Of a stretch of DNA of 64,000 bases, positions 50,144-59,447 are shown in pieces. Under the pieces are notes generated by a model. The model did no database searches, was not told where the DNA came from, and worked only from the letters and a program-made list of their open reading frames with translations. How positions within the stretch are numbered: the stretch's first letter is position 1; the number at the start of each line of letters is the position of its first letter. The stretch comes from Alphaproteobacteria bacterium (GTDB taxonomy: Bacteria; Pseudomonadota; Alphaproteobacteria; Bin95): the NCBI GenBank assembly GCA_963665325.3, contig CAXXWS020000003.1, forward strand, positions 608,001-672,000. The letters are read 5' to 3'. A program made the position numbers and the translations under genes.

Positions 50144-50170
50144 TGTCGCGAAAATGTCGGGCCTGTGTCG
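50144..50170 (+). promoter_or_regulatory. Phased TGTCG repeats upstream of XRE regulator (putative operator)
   Basis: TGTCG at 50144, 50155, 50166 (11-bp period). Confidence 0.5.
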
Positions 50171-50228
50171 TGGTCATTGCCCCCTAAGAAGGCCATAGCG
50201 GCCGGCAGGAACGGCGGGAGGGGCATCC

Positions 50229-50732
50229 ATGATCGTCCGGAAGCTGCGCATCGAACAGGGGCTCTCCCAGGAGCAACTGGCGTCGATGGCGGGCATCAGC
50301 GTGCGCACGCTCCAGCGTATCGAGCGCGGCGCGAACGCAAGCTCCGAGACGCTCAAATGTCTCGCCGCCGTTCTGGAAACCGACTTCTCGGCACTCAGAA
50401 ACGGGCAAGACATGACAAGCGCAACCGACGCCTCCCTCCCGGACCTCCCCGATGACGAACAGAAGGCCATGGAGTATGTCCGGGACATCCGGTCCTTCTA
50501 CACCCACGCGATCCAGTATGCCGTCGTCATTGCCGGCCTGGCCGTCGTCAACCTCTTCACCAGCCCGGGCTATCTCTGGTTCCTCTGGGCCGCCTTCGGC
50601 TGGGGCGTCGGGCTCGCCGTTCATGGCCTGAGCGTCTTCGAGGTCGTCAACCTGTTCGGCGACGGCTGGGAGAAGCGGCAGGTCGCGAAGAGGCTCGCAA
50701 GGAGCCGGCGGGACCGGGTCGGAGGGTCGTAA
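50229..50732 (+). CDS. XRE-family HTH protein with C-terminal 2TM domain
   Basis: LSQEQLASMAGISVRTLQRIERG; FY.H...Y, WFLWAAFGWGVGLAVH, WEKRQV. Confidence 0.85.
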   Translation: MIVRKLRIEQGLSQEQLASMAGISVRTLQRIERGANASSETLKCLAAVLETDFSALRNGQDMTSATDASLPDLPDDEQKAMEYVRDIRSFYTHAIQYAVVIAGLAVVNLFTSPGYLWFLWAAFGWGVGLAVHGLSVFEVVNLFGDGWEKRQVAKRLARSRRDRVGGS

Positions 50733-50749
50733 ACCGCCCCGGACCGGCC

Positions 50750-51592
50750 CTACTCCTCCAGCGTCGGGCCGGCGCCGGTGACGCGGGTCTGGCGCATGCG
50801 GCGGCGGTAGCGGTCGGCGTCGTAGCCCGCACCCCGGTGCAGCAGGCAGCGATTGTCCCAGATCACCAGGTCGCCCGGCTGCCAGCGGTGGCTCAGCACA
50901 TGCTCGTCCGCCGTCATCTCTTCCAGCAGCCCGTCCAACAGCGCGCGGCTGTCCTCGAACTCCCAGCCTTCGATCTCGCGGGCATGCGAGCCGATATAGA
51001 GGTTCTGCGCATCGTTCCCCGGGTTGCGGCGCACCAGCCGCTGGCGCACCGGCGGCAGCGAGGCGGCATGCGAGGGCGTCACCGCGTCGGGCGCAACCTT
51101 GGAGCGCGAGAACACATAGTCGTGGATGCAGACCTGCGGCGCGAGCCGCTCCTGCTCGTCTTCCTCGATACGCTCCCACGCGGCGCGCTGGCTGACGAAC
51201 AGCGTCTCCCCGCCCTCGTCCGGCACCTCGTAGGCGCACATGATCGAGACGAACGACGGCACCGCGCGGAACGAGGAGTCGGAGTGCCACATATTGTTGC
51301 CGGTCTGGAAGATCGTGCGCTTGTGGGCGCTGCCCGCCACGGTGCCGTCGGGCTGCACATTGCCGATGGTGCCGAAATACTCGATCCGCCCCTCCTGCCC
51401 GAGCAGGACATGGTTCGGCTCCGGCTCGCCCAGCATCCGGGTGAAGGCGAGATGCGCCTCGTCTCCCTCCGCCGCGCCCGGCACATGCACGAAGGAATAG
51501 CGGTCGATGGCCGCCCGCACCTCGTCCATGTCGAGGCCGCTTATGGGGCGGCTGTCGAGCCGTGCGCCGAATTCGGGGTGAAGCGGGGTCAT
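50750..51592 (-). CDS. TauD/TfdA family 2-oxoglutarate dioxygenase
   Basis: WHSDSSF, GGETLF, WQPGDLVIWDNRCLLHR. Confidence 0.9.
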   Translation of the reverse strand: MTPLHPEFGARLDSRPISGLDMDEVRAAIDRYSFVHVPGAAEGDEAHLAFTRMLGEPEPNHVLLGQEGRIEYFGTIGNVQPDGTVAGSAHKRTIFQTGNNMWHSDSSFRAVPSFVSIMCAYEVPDEGGETLFVSQRAAWERIEEDEQERLAPQVCIHDYVFSRSKVAPDAVTPSHAASLPPVRQRLVRRNPGNDAQNLYIGSHAREIEGWEFEDSRALLDGLLEEMTADEHVLSHRWQPGDLVIWDNRCLLHRGAGYDADRYRRRMRQTRVTGAGPTLEE

Positions 51593-52398
51593 GCGCTCCC
51601 CTCCAGGGTCAGTTGGAAACGGGTCACCTCGTCCATGCCGTCGCCGAACCAGGCGTCGATGGCGGCCTCGCGGCGGCCGAGATAAAGGGGCCTGCCGTCC
51701 TCGCCCAGCACCATCGGCAGGTCGTGGCCCGGAATCAGCACCGTGTCCGGCCGCGCACGCCAGAGCCCGCGGATCATCTCTATGGAAGCGCGCGAGATTG
51801 CGGCGTCGAAGGTCATGTCGACATCGCCGGAGACGAGCTCCGCGCGGTTCTTGGCGGCATCGCCCGTGAACACGACATCGCGCCCGGCGCCGGCGAGGTG
51901 GAATACCAGGCAGCCCGGTGTGTGCCCCGGCGCCAGATGAGCCGTAATGCCGGGGAATACGTCCTCGCCGTCCGCCACCCGCTCGGTCTTCGGGAAGAGC
52001 CCGAGCTCGCGCACATAGAGTTCCGGCACCACCGTCTCGCCCCAGGGCTCGCCCGCCGCCCAGTCGAGCTCGACCGCGCCGACGACTACGCGCGCCTTCG
52101 GGAACAGCACCCAGTTGACCGCGTGGTCGTAGTGAGTGTGGGTCAGCAGCAGGTCGGTGATGTCCGAGGGCCTGAGGCCGCGCCGTTCCAGTTCGGCGGC
52201 GAGCAGCTTGCGATGGCCGAACGCGCCGCAATCCACCAGTGCCAGCCGGTCCCCGTGCCGGATCAGCACGATGGTGCTCCAGCCGAGCGAGCCGTGGCGG
52301 ACCGATTTGCCGGGGAAGCCGGTGACGAGGATGTCGATCTCCCAGCCGCCGACCGCGAAGGCCGACCCGTTGACCGGTTCCGGATTTTGCTGCGTCAT
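51589..52398 (-). CDS. MBL-fold metallo-hydrolase
   Basis: LVDCG, THTHYDH, PGHTPG, FTGDA, IPGHD. Confidence 0.88.
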   Translation of the reverse strand: MTQQNPEPVNGSAFAVGGWEIDILVTGFPGKSVRHGSLGWSTIVLIRHGDRLALVDCGAFGHRKLLAAELERRGLRPSDITDLLLTHTHYDHAVNWVLFPKARVVVGAVELDWAAGEPWGETVVPELYVRELGLFPKTERVADGEDVFPGITAHLAPGHTPGCLVFHLAGAGRDVVFTGDAAKNRAELVSGDVDMTFDAAISRASIEMIRGLWRARPDTVLIPGHDLPMVLGEDGRPLYLGRREAAIDAWFGDGMDEVTRFQLTLEGSA

Positions 52399-52448
52399 GG
52401 CGGCGAGCATAGCCGGCCCGGCAATGAGGACAAGGAGGAGCGGCCCCC

Positions 52449-53642
52449 ATGAGCGCGGCCCTGAACGGCGTCAGGATCATCGACATGACCCACAACCAGG
52501 CAGGCCCCGCCTGCACGCAGGTGCTGGCCTGGCTGGGCGCGGAGGTCATAAAGCTGGAGGAGCCGGGCAGGGGCGAGGCCGCGCGCCGGGCGATGCCCGA
52601 CATTCCGGGCGAGGACGGGCTGTTCTTCCTGGTGCTGAACGCCAACAAGAAGAGCCTGACGCTCAACCTAAAGACCGAGGACGGCAAGGCGCTGTTCAAG
52701 CAGCTGATCGCCGAGGTGGACATGCTGGTCGAGAACTTCTCGCCGGGCGCGCTCGACCGCCTCGGCCTCGGCTATGACGTGCTCGCGGAGATCAATCCGC
52801 GCCTCATCTACGGCACTATCAAGGGCTTCGGCAGCTACGGGCCCAATTCAGGCTACAAGGCCTTCGAGCCCATCGCTCAGGCCATGGGCGGGGCGATGAG
52901 CGTCACCGGTTTCCCCGAGAACCCGCCGACCTACACCTGGCCGGCCATCGGCGACTCGGGCACCGGCATGCATCTCGCCATAGGCCTCCTGGCCGCGCTG
53001 CAGCAGCGCCATCAGACGGGCAGGGGCCAGAAGGTCGAGGTCGCGATGCAGGAGGCAGTGGTCAACATCCTGCGCGTCAGCCTGCGCGACCATCAGCGCC
53101 AGGGCATTGTGCAGCCCCGGCGCGGCAACCAGCTCGGCCAGACCGTGCCCGGCTCCACCTATCCCTGCGCGCCGGCCGGGCCGAACGACTATGTCTATAT
53201 CTTCTGCCAGCCGCAGATGTATGAGGGCTTCCGGCGCGTGCTAGGCATGCCGGAGCTCGACGACCCGCGCTTCGAGACGCCGGCGGGCCGCTGGGAGCAC
53301 CGCGAGGAATACAATGCGCTGGTGGAAAGCTGGACCCGCCAGCGCGGCAAATACGAGGTCATGGAATTGCTCGGCGCCGCCGGCGTGCCCTGCGGGGCCT
53401 GCCAGGACACGGGCGAGGTGCTGGCCGACCCGCATCTGCGCGAGCGGGAGATGATCGTGGAGGTCGATTACCCCGGCCGCGGCGCCTACCAGACCGTCGG
53501 CTGCCCGATCAAGCTTTCCGACTCCCCCGCCGACATCCGCCGCCCGCCGACGCTGAGCGAGCACACGGACGAAGTGCTGGCCGAGCATTGCGGGGTGGAT
53601 GCCGATACTGCGGCGCGGCTCAGGGAAGAGGGGGTTATCTGA
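52449..53642 (+). CDS. Class III (CaiB/Frc-like) CoA transferase
   Basis: QAGPACTQVLAWLGAEVIK, NANKKSLTLNLK, VENFSPG, IGDSGTG. Confidence 0.9.
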   Translation: MSAALNGVRIIDMTHNQAGPACTQVLAWLGAEVIKLEEPGRGEAARRAMPDIPGEDGLFFLVLNANKKSLTLNLKTEDGKALFKQLIAEVDMLVENFSPGALDRLGLGYDVLAEINPRLIYGTIKGFGSYGPNSGYKAFEPIAQAMGGAMSVTGFPENPPTYTWPAIGDSGTGMHLAIGLLAALQQRHQTGRGQKVEVAMQEAVVNILRVSLRDHQRQGIVQPRRGNQLGQTVPGSTYPCAPAGPNDYVYIFCQPQMYEGFRRVLGMPELDDPRFETPAGRWEHREEYNALVESWTRQRGKYEVMELLGAAGVPCGACQDTGEVLADPHLREREMIVEVDYPGRGAYQTVGCPIKLSDSPADIRRPPTLSEHTDEVLAEHCGVDADTAARLREEGVI

Positions 53643-53699
53643 ACCGAATAGCGACGTGTCCCGCTTGCACGGTCCCGCCAGTCGCAGAATCGACATCGG

Positions 53700-54431
53700 A
53701 TGAGTCCTTCCGGGCCGGGCGTGGACTTCGGATGGGGACTCCAGGGACTCCTGTCGCTGCTTCCGAAGAGCGATGTCGTCGTCATCGTGGACGTGTTGTC
53801 GTTTTGCACGGCCGTCGATATCGCCACGTCCCGGGGGGCCCGGGTCCTTCCCTTTCCCCACGGGCATTCCGACGCCGAAAGTTACGCGAAAAGCCGCGGC
53901 GCTGTCCTTGCCCGGCCCCGGTCGGCAGGCGGTGGGCAGTTCAGCCTTTCTCCCGAGACATTGAAGACCGTGACGAATGGAACGCGGATCGTCCTTCCTT
54001 CGCCGAACGGGTCGAGGCTGTCTCGGGAAACGGGCGGTGTGCCGACATTTGCGGGTTGCCTGCGCAACGCGGCCGCTATCGCACAGGCTTCGTCGTCGCT
54101 GGGTTCGTCCATCGGGGTTGTAGCGGCAGGCGAGCGTTGGCCGGACGGCAGCTCGCGCCCGGCGATCGAGGACCTCCTCGGGGCAGGAGCGATAATCGAG
54201 AACATGACGGCGCGGCCGTCTCCGGATGCGGAAGCGGCCTGCGCCGCCTTTCATGCGCTTCGGGATCGGCTCCAGGATGTCATTCGCGACTCGCAATCGG
54301 GCCGGGAACTCATCGAGGCGGGCTATGCCGTAGATGTAGAGATCGCGGTCGATTTGGACGCTAGCCGCACGGCGCCGTTTCTGCACGGTGACGGCTATTC
54401 CAGCGCGTCACCGGATCGGTTTCGAAAATGA
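53700..54431 (+). CDS. 2-phosphosulfolactate phosphatase (ComB family)
   Basis: VIVDVLSF, SLSP, LPSPNGS, GCLRNA, AAGERW, RPAIEDLLGAG. Confidence 0.82.
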   Translation: MSPSGPGVDFGWGLQGLLSLLPKSDVVVIVDVLSFCTAVDIATSRGARVLPFPHGHSDAESYAKSRGAVLARPRSAGGGQFSLSPETLKTVTNGTRIVLPSPNGSRLSRETGGVPTFAGCLRNAAAIAQASSSLGSSIGVVAAGERWPDGSSRPAIEDLLGAGAIIENMTARPSPDAEAACAAFHALRDRLQDVIRDSQSGRELIEAGYAVDVEIAVDLDASRTAPFLHGDGYSSASPDRFRK

Positions 54432-54464
54432 GTGCGCAAGCGACGTCTGGCACCGCCCAGGCCC

Positions 54465-55556
54465 TCACCCCCGCTGTGCAATCGCCCAGCCGGTCTCCGC
54501 CAGTTGCCGCGCCTTGGCGCCGCGCTGTACGGCGTCGGGGGAGCTGGCGTTGCCGTCGAGGCCGCGCTTGTAAACCCCCTGGCTGATGGCGGCGAGGCGG
54601 AAGAGCGAGAAGGCGAGGTAGAAGGGCCAGTCGGGGATGCCGCCGCGGCCGGTCCGCTCGCAATAGGCGGCGACATAGTCCTCCTCGCTCGGGATGCCGG
54701 TCGCGTCATAGTCCATGTCGCCCAGGAAGCCGCGCAGATCGTCGCCGGCATGATAGGGCAGGCAGTTATAGGCGAGGTCCGAGAGCGGGTTGCCGAGCGT
54801 GCCGAGCTCCCAGTCCACCACCGCCAGCACGCGCGGCTCGCCCGGGTGGAGGATCATGTTCTCCAGCCGGTAGTCGCCATGCACAATCGTGGTTTCGTCG
54901 TCCGCCGGCATGTTCTCGCCGAGCCACGCCGCGAGATTGTCCATCTCCGGCACCTCGTCGGTCTTGCTCATCTCGTACTGGCCGGCCCAACGGCGCACCT
55001 GGCGGGCCATGTAGCCGCCTTCGCGCCCGTAGTCCTCCAGCCCGACGGCGCGGAAGTCGACCTTGTGCAGCGCGGAGAGTGCAGCGTTCATGGCGTCGTA
55101 GGTGGCGGCGCGCTCGGCGGGCGGCAGGTCGGGCAGGGTGAGGTTGCGCGCCACCCGCCCCTCGACATGCTCCATGATGTAGAAGGCCCTGCCGATCACC
55201 GCCTCGTCCTCGCAGAGCGCCCAGGTCCGGGCCACCGGAACGTCGGTGTCGGCAAGCGCGGAAATTACCCGGTATTCGCGGTCCACCGCATGGGCGGAGG
55301 GCAAGAGCTTGCCGGGCGGCTTCTTGCGCAGCACATAGCGCCGCCCGTTGCCGTCCTCCAGCAGGAAGGTCGGGTTCGACATGCCGCCCCGGAATTGCGA
55401 AACCGAGAGCGGCGGCGCGAAGCCCGGAACCTCGCGCCGCATGAAATCCGAAAGCCGGTCCTCGGGAAAGCGGTGCTGGTCCAGCACCGGCGCAGCCACG
55501 GCGGTGGTGGTGACCGGCGGCTCGGCGGTGGTTTCGGCGGATGCCTGGGCAGTCAT
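54465..55556 (-). CDS. Phosphotransferase family protein (APH, ACAD10/11 N-terminal-like)
   Basis: GGMSNPTF, LRKKPPGKLLPSAHAVDRE, VHGDYRLEN, VDWEL. Confidence 0.9.
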   Translation of the reverse strand: MTAQASAETTAEPPVTTTAVAAPVLDQHRFPEDRLSDFMRREVPGFAPPLSVSQFRGGMSNPTFLLEDGNGRRYVLRKKPPGKLLPSAHAVDREYRVISALADTDVPVARTWALCEDEAVIGRAFYIMEHVEGRVARNLTLPDLPPAERAATYDAMNAALSALHKVDFRAVGLEDYGREGGYMARQVRRWAGQYEMSKTDEVPEMDNLAAWLGENMPADDETTIVHGDYRLENMILHPGEPRVLAVVDWELGTLGNPLSDLAYNCLPYHAGDDLRGFLGDMDYDATGIPSEEDYVAAYCERTGRGGIPDWPFYLAFSLFRLAAISQGVYKRGLDGNASSPDAVQRGAKARQLAETGWAIAQRG

Positions 55557-55701
55557 CGCAGCGTCGCTCCTTTGCGCCGTGCGAAGACTAGCCCGGATTT
55601 CTTGCCGAGGTCACGGCCGGCGTCCCGTCCGGGCGTGCGTCCTGCGTTCGCCATGCGTGCGCGCGCAGACCGCGCGCCGGCGCGGACGGAACCGGTGCGC
55701 G

Positions 55702-56253
55702 CTATTCCCTGGGGGCGTATTTGGCGAGGATGCGCTGGAGGGTGCGGCGGTGCATGCGCAGCCGGCGCGCCGTCTCCGAGACATTGCGTCCGCACTGCTC
55801 GTAGATGCGCTGGATGTGCTCCCACCGCACCCGGTCGGGCGACATCGGCAGTTCCGGGGGTCCCGGCGGGTCCGCGCCCATGTGCTTCAGCGCCGTTTCG
55901 ATGGCGTCGGCGTCTGCCGGCTTCGGCAGGTAATCGATGGCGCCCACCTTCACGGCCGCCACGGCGGTCGCGATATTGCCGTAGCCGGTGAGGATGATCG
56001 CGCGGCTTTCCGGGCGGACGGTCTGGAGGTGGGAGACCACGTCGACGCCGCTGCCGTCGCCGAGCCGGAGGTCCACCACGGCATAGTCCGGCGGGTCGAT
56101 ATCCACCGCCGCCTTGCCGTCCGCGACCGAGCCCGCCGTGCGCACGTCGAAGCCGCGCCGCTCCATCGCCCGCGCCAGCCGGTTGAGGAAGGGCGGGTCG
56201 TCATCGACCAAAAGGAGTGTGCCGGCGTCGCCGGAGCCTATCTGTTCGTTCAT
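55702..56253 (-). CDS. regA: RegA/PrrA/ActR redox response regulator
   Basis: VVDLRLGDG, LTGYGNIATAV, WEHIQRIYEQCGRNVSETARRLRMHRRTLQRILAK. Confidence 0.95.
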   Translation of the reverse strand: MNEQIGSGDAGTLLLVDDDPPFLNRLARAMERRGFDVRTAGSVADGKAAVDIDPPDYAVVDLRLGDGSGVDVVSHLQTVRPESRAIILTGYGNIATAVAAVKVGAIDYLPKPADADAIETALKHMGADPPGPPELPMSPDRVRWEHIQRIYEQCGRNVSETARRLRMHRRTLQRILAKYAPRE

Positions 56254-57548
56254 CGCTCCCCACCCATGCTCGAAGGTTCAAGTATCACGCGAGGCCACAA
56301 CACCTCAACCTCCGCGCCGCCCTGGGGCCGGTTGAGGAAGGTGACGTCGGCCCCGGTGCGCTCCAGCAGCGTGCGCGCGATGAAGATGCCGAGGCCCATA
56401 TGGCCGTCGCTGCCCCGCCTCGTGGAAAGATAGGGCTCCCCGAGGCGGCCCAGCAGCGCCGCCGGGAAGCCCGGCCCGTCGTCGGAGATCGTCACGCCGA
56501 CCCGTTCCGCGTCCCAGACGATCGACGCATCGACGCGGCTGCGGGCGAATTGCAGCGCGTTGGACAGGATGTTGCCGAGGCCGTTCACGAGTTCGGGGCG
56601 CCGTTCCAGGGCCGGCTCCGGCGAACCGTCCCGCGCGCGGCCGAGGATCGTCAGATCGACCGTCTCGCGCCGGTGCGGGCCGGCCGTGCTGTCGATCAGG
56701 GCAGTCAGCGGCATCCTGAGATAGTCGACGCCGCGCGCATCCGGGTGCCGGGACAGTTCGGTGAGGATCTCCTTGCACCGCTCGGCCTGGCTCTTCAGCA
56801 GGCGCGCGTCCTCGGCGAGCGGGCTGTCGGGCGGCACCTCGCGCACGAGTTCGGACGCGACAACGGTGATGGTGGCGAGCGGCGTGCCCAGTTCGTGCGC
56901 GGCCGCCGCGGCGAGCGTGCCGAGGTCGGCGACGCGCTGCTCGCGCGCCAGCGCATCCTGCGCGGCGGAAAACGCATCCATCATCCGGCGCCGCTCGATG
57001 GCCACCTGGCCCACATAGACCGCCAGGAAGGCGATGGCGGTGATGGTGGCGAACCATATGCCGAGCACGAGGTCCGGCGGCATGGTGGGCGGCGGTCCGT
57101 CCCAGGGCAGCGGCATATGCCAGACCGACAGCACGCTCGCGGCGGCCGCAGCCAGCACGACGAGCTTGATGCAGCTTGCCCGGGACAGGACCGACGCCGC
57201 CACCGTCACCGGGGCCAGCAGCAGGAGCGCGAACGGGTTCTGAAGCCCGCCCGTGAGGAAGAGCAGCAAGGCGAGCTGGAGCGTGTCGAAGGCGAGGAAG
57301 CCGAAGGCCTGCGGCTCGGGCAGACCGGCCCCGCCGCGATGGTGCAGGCTTGCGTAAAGGTTGACCGCCGCCGACATCGCGACGACCGCCGCCGCCGCCT
57401 CTATCGGCAGCCGGTAACCGAAGCCGAAATGGACGATCAGCACCGTGCCCGCCTGCCCCGCCACCGCAACCCAGCGAATCAGGACCAGCGTGCGCGTCTG
57501 CACGATGCCGGTCTCGCCCCGGGGCGGCGCGGGCTCTAAAACCTTCAT
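56250..57548 (-). CDS. regB: RegB/PrrB/ActS sensor histidine kinase
   Basis: Quinone site GGLQNPF, H-box AAAAHELGTPLATI, redox Cys ERCKEIL, DDGPGF, GLGIFIA. Confidence 0.95.
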   Translation of the reverse strand: MKVLEPAPPRGETGIVQTRTLVLIRWVAVAGQAGTVLIVHFGFGYRLPIEAAAAVVAMSAAVNLYASLHHRGGAGLPEPQAFGFLAFDTLQLALLLFLTGGLQNPFALLLLAPVTVAASVLSRASCIKLVVLAAAAASVLSVWHMPLPWDGPPPTMPPDLVLGIWFATITAIAFLAVYVGQVAIERRRMMDAFSAAQDALAREQRVADLGTLAAAAAHELGTPLATITVVASELVREVPPDSPLAEDARLLKSQAERCKEILTELSRHPDARGVDYLRMPLTALIDSTAGPHRRETVDLTILGRARDGSPEPALERRPELVNGLGNILSNALQFARSRVDASIVWDAERVGVTISDDGPGFPAALLGRLGEPYLSTRRGSDGHMGLGIFIARTLLERTGADVTFLNRPQGGAEVEVLWPRVILEPSSMGGER

Positions 57549-57593
57549 GGGCGGCGGGCGCTCCTCCGCTGCTGTCGGAGAGGGAAGCATAGC

Positions 57594-58346
57594 ATGAGCG
57601 AATGGGCCGTTTCGGTGCGGGAGCTCTCGAAGGAATTCGGGGCCGTGAAGGCCGTGGACGGGCTGACCTTCGACCTCGAGCCCGGCGGCATCGTTGCCCT
57701 GCTCGGCGGCAACGGAGCCGGCAAGACGACCACCATAGCCATGCTGCTCGGCCTGTTGCTGCCGACCTCCGGGACGGTGCGGGCGCTAGGCGCGGACATG
57801 ACCCGCGACCGCTACCGGGTGCTCGGGCGGATGAATTTCTCCTCCCCCTATGTGGAACTGCCGGGCCGGCTGACGGCGGAGGAGAACCTGCTGGTCTATG
57901 CCCGCCTTTACGGCGTGCCGCAGGCGGGGCGGCTGGTGCGGGAACTCGCCGGGACGCTGGAGCTCACCCCGTTCCTGAAACAGCGGACGCGCACGCTGTC
58001 GGCCGGGCAGAAGTCCCGCCTGGCGCTCGCCAAGGCGCTGGTGAACGAGCCGCAGCTGCTGCTTCTCGACGAGCCCACAGCCTCGCTTGACCCGGAAACC
58101 GCCGACTGGGTGCGCTCATACCTCGCCGCCTATGTGAAGCGGACCGGCGCCACCATCCTGCTCGCCTCGCACAACATGCTGGAGGTGGAGCGGCTGTGCC
58201 GCGACGTGCTGATGATGAAGGCGGGCCGGCTTGTGGACCGGGGCGCCCCGGACGCGCTGATCGCGCGCTACGGGCGGCAGACCATGGAGGAGGTGTTTCT
58301 GGACATTGCGCGCGGCGAGGCTAGCCTCCGTCCGCGGCCTCCGTGA
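57594..58346 (+). CDS. ABC-2 type transporter ATP-binding protein
   Basis: GGNGAGKTT, LSAGQ, LLDEPTASLD, ASHNM. Confidence 0.9.
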   Translation: MSEWAVSVRELSKEFGAVKAVDGLTFDLEPGGIVALLGGNGAGKTTTIAMLLGLLLPTSGTVRALGADMTRDRYRVLGRMNFSSPYVELPGRLTAEENLLVYARLYGVPQAGRLVRELAGTLELTPFLKQRTRTLSAGQKSRLALAKALVNEPQLLLLDEPTASLDPETADWVRSYLAAYVKRTGATILLASHNMLEVERLCRDVLMMKAGRLVDRGAPDALIARYGRQTMEEVFLDIARGEASLRPRPP

Positions 58347-59439
58347 CCTGGGTGAGGCGCGTGCGGAACTTGTCCGTCTTGTAGTCGGTCACGCGGTAGG
58401 CCCATCCGCCGGCCGTGGCATTGATCTTCCCGAGCTCCCCGGCCACCTCGCCCGGCGTCTTCAGCGCCATTTGCAGGGACCCTTCGAGCTTGTCGGCGTC
58501 CATCGTCCTGCGGGCCTCCAGCAGAGGTTCCACGCGCGGGTCCGCGGTCCCGGGCGATGCGGCAAGCGCGACCCAGTAGTCGCCGTCCTGCTCGACCATC
58601 CGCACCTCGACGACCAGCCCGTCGAAGGTCTCGAAGCGGCCGGCGACCAGGGGCTCTGAGAAGTCAACCTCGGCGGCGGGGCGCACATCGTCGAAGATCA
58701 GGAAGTCGAGCCAGCTCGTAAGCGGCGACAACTCGTGGTTCGCTTTCGCCTTGCGGCCTTCCGGCAGCGGCTCTTCCAGTTTCCAGTCTGTTTCCTCCGG
58801 CCCGGCCTTGGAAACCGTGACCGTCTCGCCGTCGGCGTGGGTCAGGCGCGTGCGCTGGATGCGGCGCTGCTCCACATTGCAGATATTGCGGTTCAGGAAG
58901 CGCGTCAGCAGTTGCACCGGCTGGAAGTCGCCCTTGGCAAGCCATGATTGCGCTTCTCCGCTCCTGCGCACGAACACGCCGCCGCCCGCTTCTTCAGGGC
59001 GCGCAAAACCGACCAGCAGGTCCGCCGCCGTCTCACCGCCGGCCTTCGCCACGATCCGGATGGACTGCGCGCCGGACTCGCCGAGGTCCTCCACCCGGAT
59101 CTTCGCATAGAGCGCAGGCTTGCTCGTGCGCGGCTCGATAAGCTCGATGCGCGCCAGGTCGAAAAGCATCCCGCTCAGCATCTTGAAATCGGCGGGGTAG
59201 CCATCGCGCTGCGCCACGCCCCAGCGCCCGTCCTCGCGCCGCGCCGACACGGTGCCGTCGGCCGTCGTCGAAACCTCCACGAAGTCGATGTCGTTCACGC
59301 GTTCCAGCAAGCCCGGATACAGCATGGTACCGGCAACGGGGTCGGCGCCGCGGACGCGCTCATCCACCAGAACGGCAATGGCTGCGACAGCCGCGGCGAC
59401 CGTCAGGACCAGCAGAAACAGGAAACTGCGGGGCTTCAT
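58321..59439 (-). CDS. DUF4340 domain protein
   Basis: N-terminal TM anchor, W...R.GYPAD, VFVR...E.QSWL, ETFDGL; last gene of Gld-like ABC operon. Confidence 0.8.
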   Translation of the reverse strand: MKPRSFLFLLVLTVAAAVAAIAVLVDERVRGADPVAGTMLYPGLLERVNDIDFVEVSTTADGTVSARREDGRWGVAQRDGYPADFKMLSGMLFDLARIELIEPRTSKPALYAKIRVEDLGESGAQSIRIVAKAGGETAADLLVGFARPEEAGGGVFVRRSGEAQSWLAKGDFQPVQLLTRFLNRNICNVEQRRIQRTRLTHADGETVTVSKAGPEETDWKLEEPLPEGRKAKANHELSPLTSWLDFLIFDDVRPAAEVDFSEPLVAGRFETFDGLVVEVRMVEQDGDYWVALAASPGTADPRVEPLLEARRTMDADKLEGSLQMALKTPGEVAGELGKINATAGGWAYRVTDYKTDKFRTRLTQVTEAADGG

Positions 59440-59447
59440 GGGCGTCG

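Noticed and set aside
50750-52723. 657-aa ORF as an MBL-TauD fusion
   Set aside because: The upstream part is an off-frame reading of the MBL gene; TauD has its own RBS and ATG at 51592 overlapping the MBL stop
55600-55700. Possible second copy of the 43-kb non-coding tract
   Set aside because: Only about 10-bp GC-rich matches (GCAGGACGCA), which is within chance
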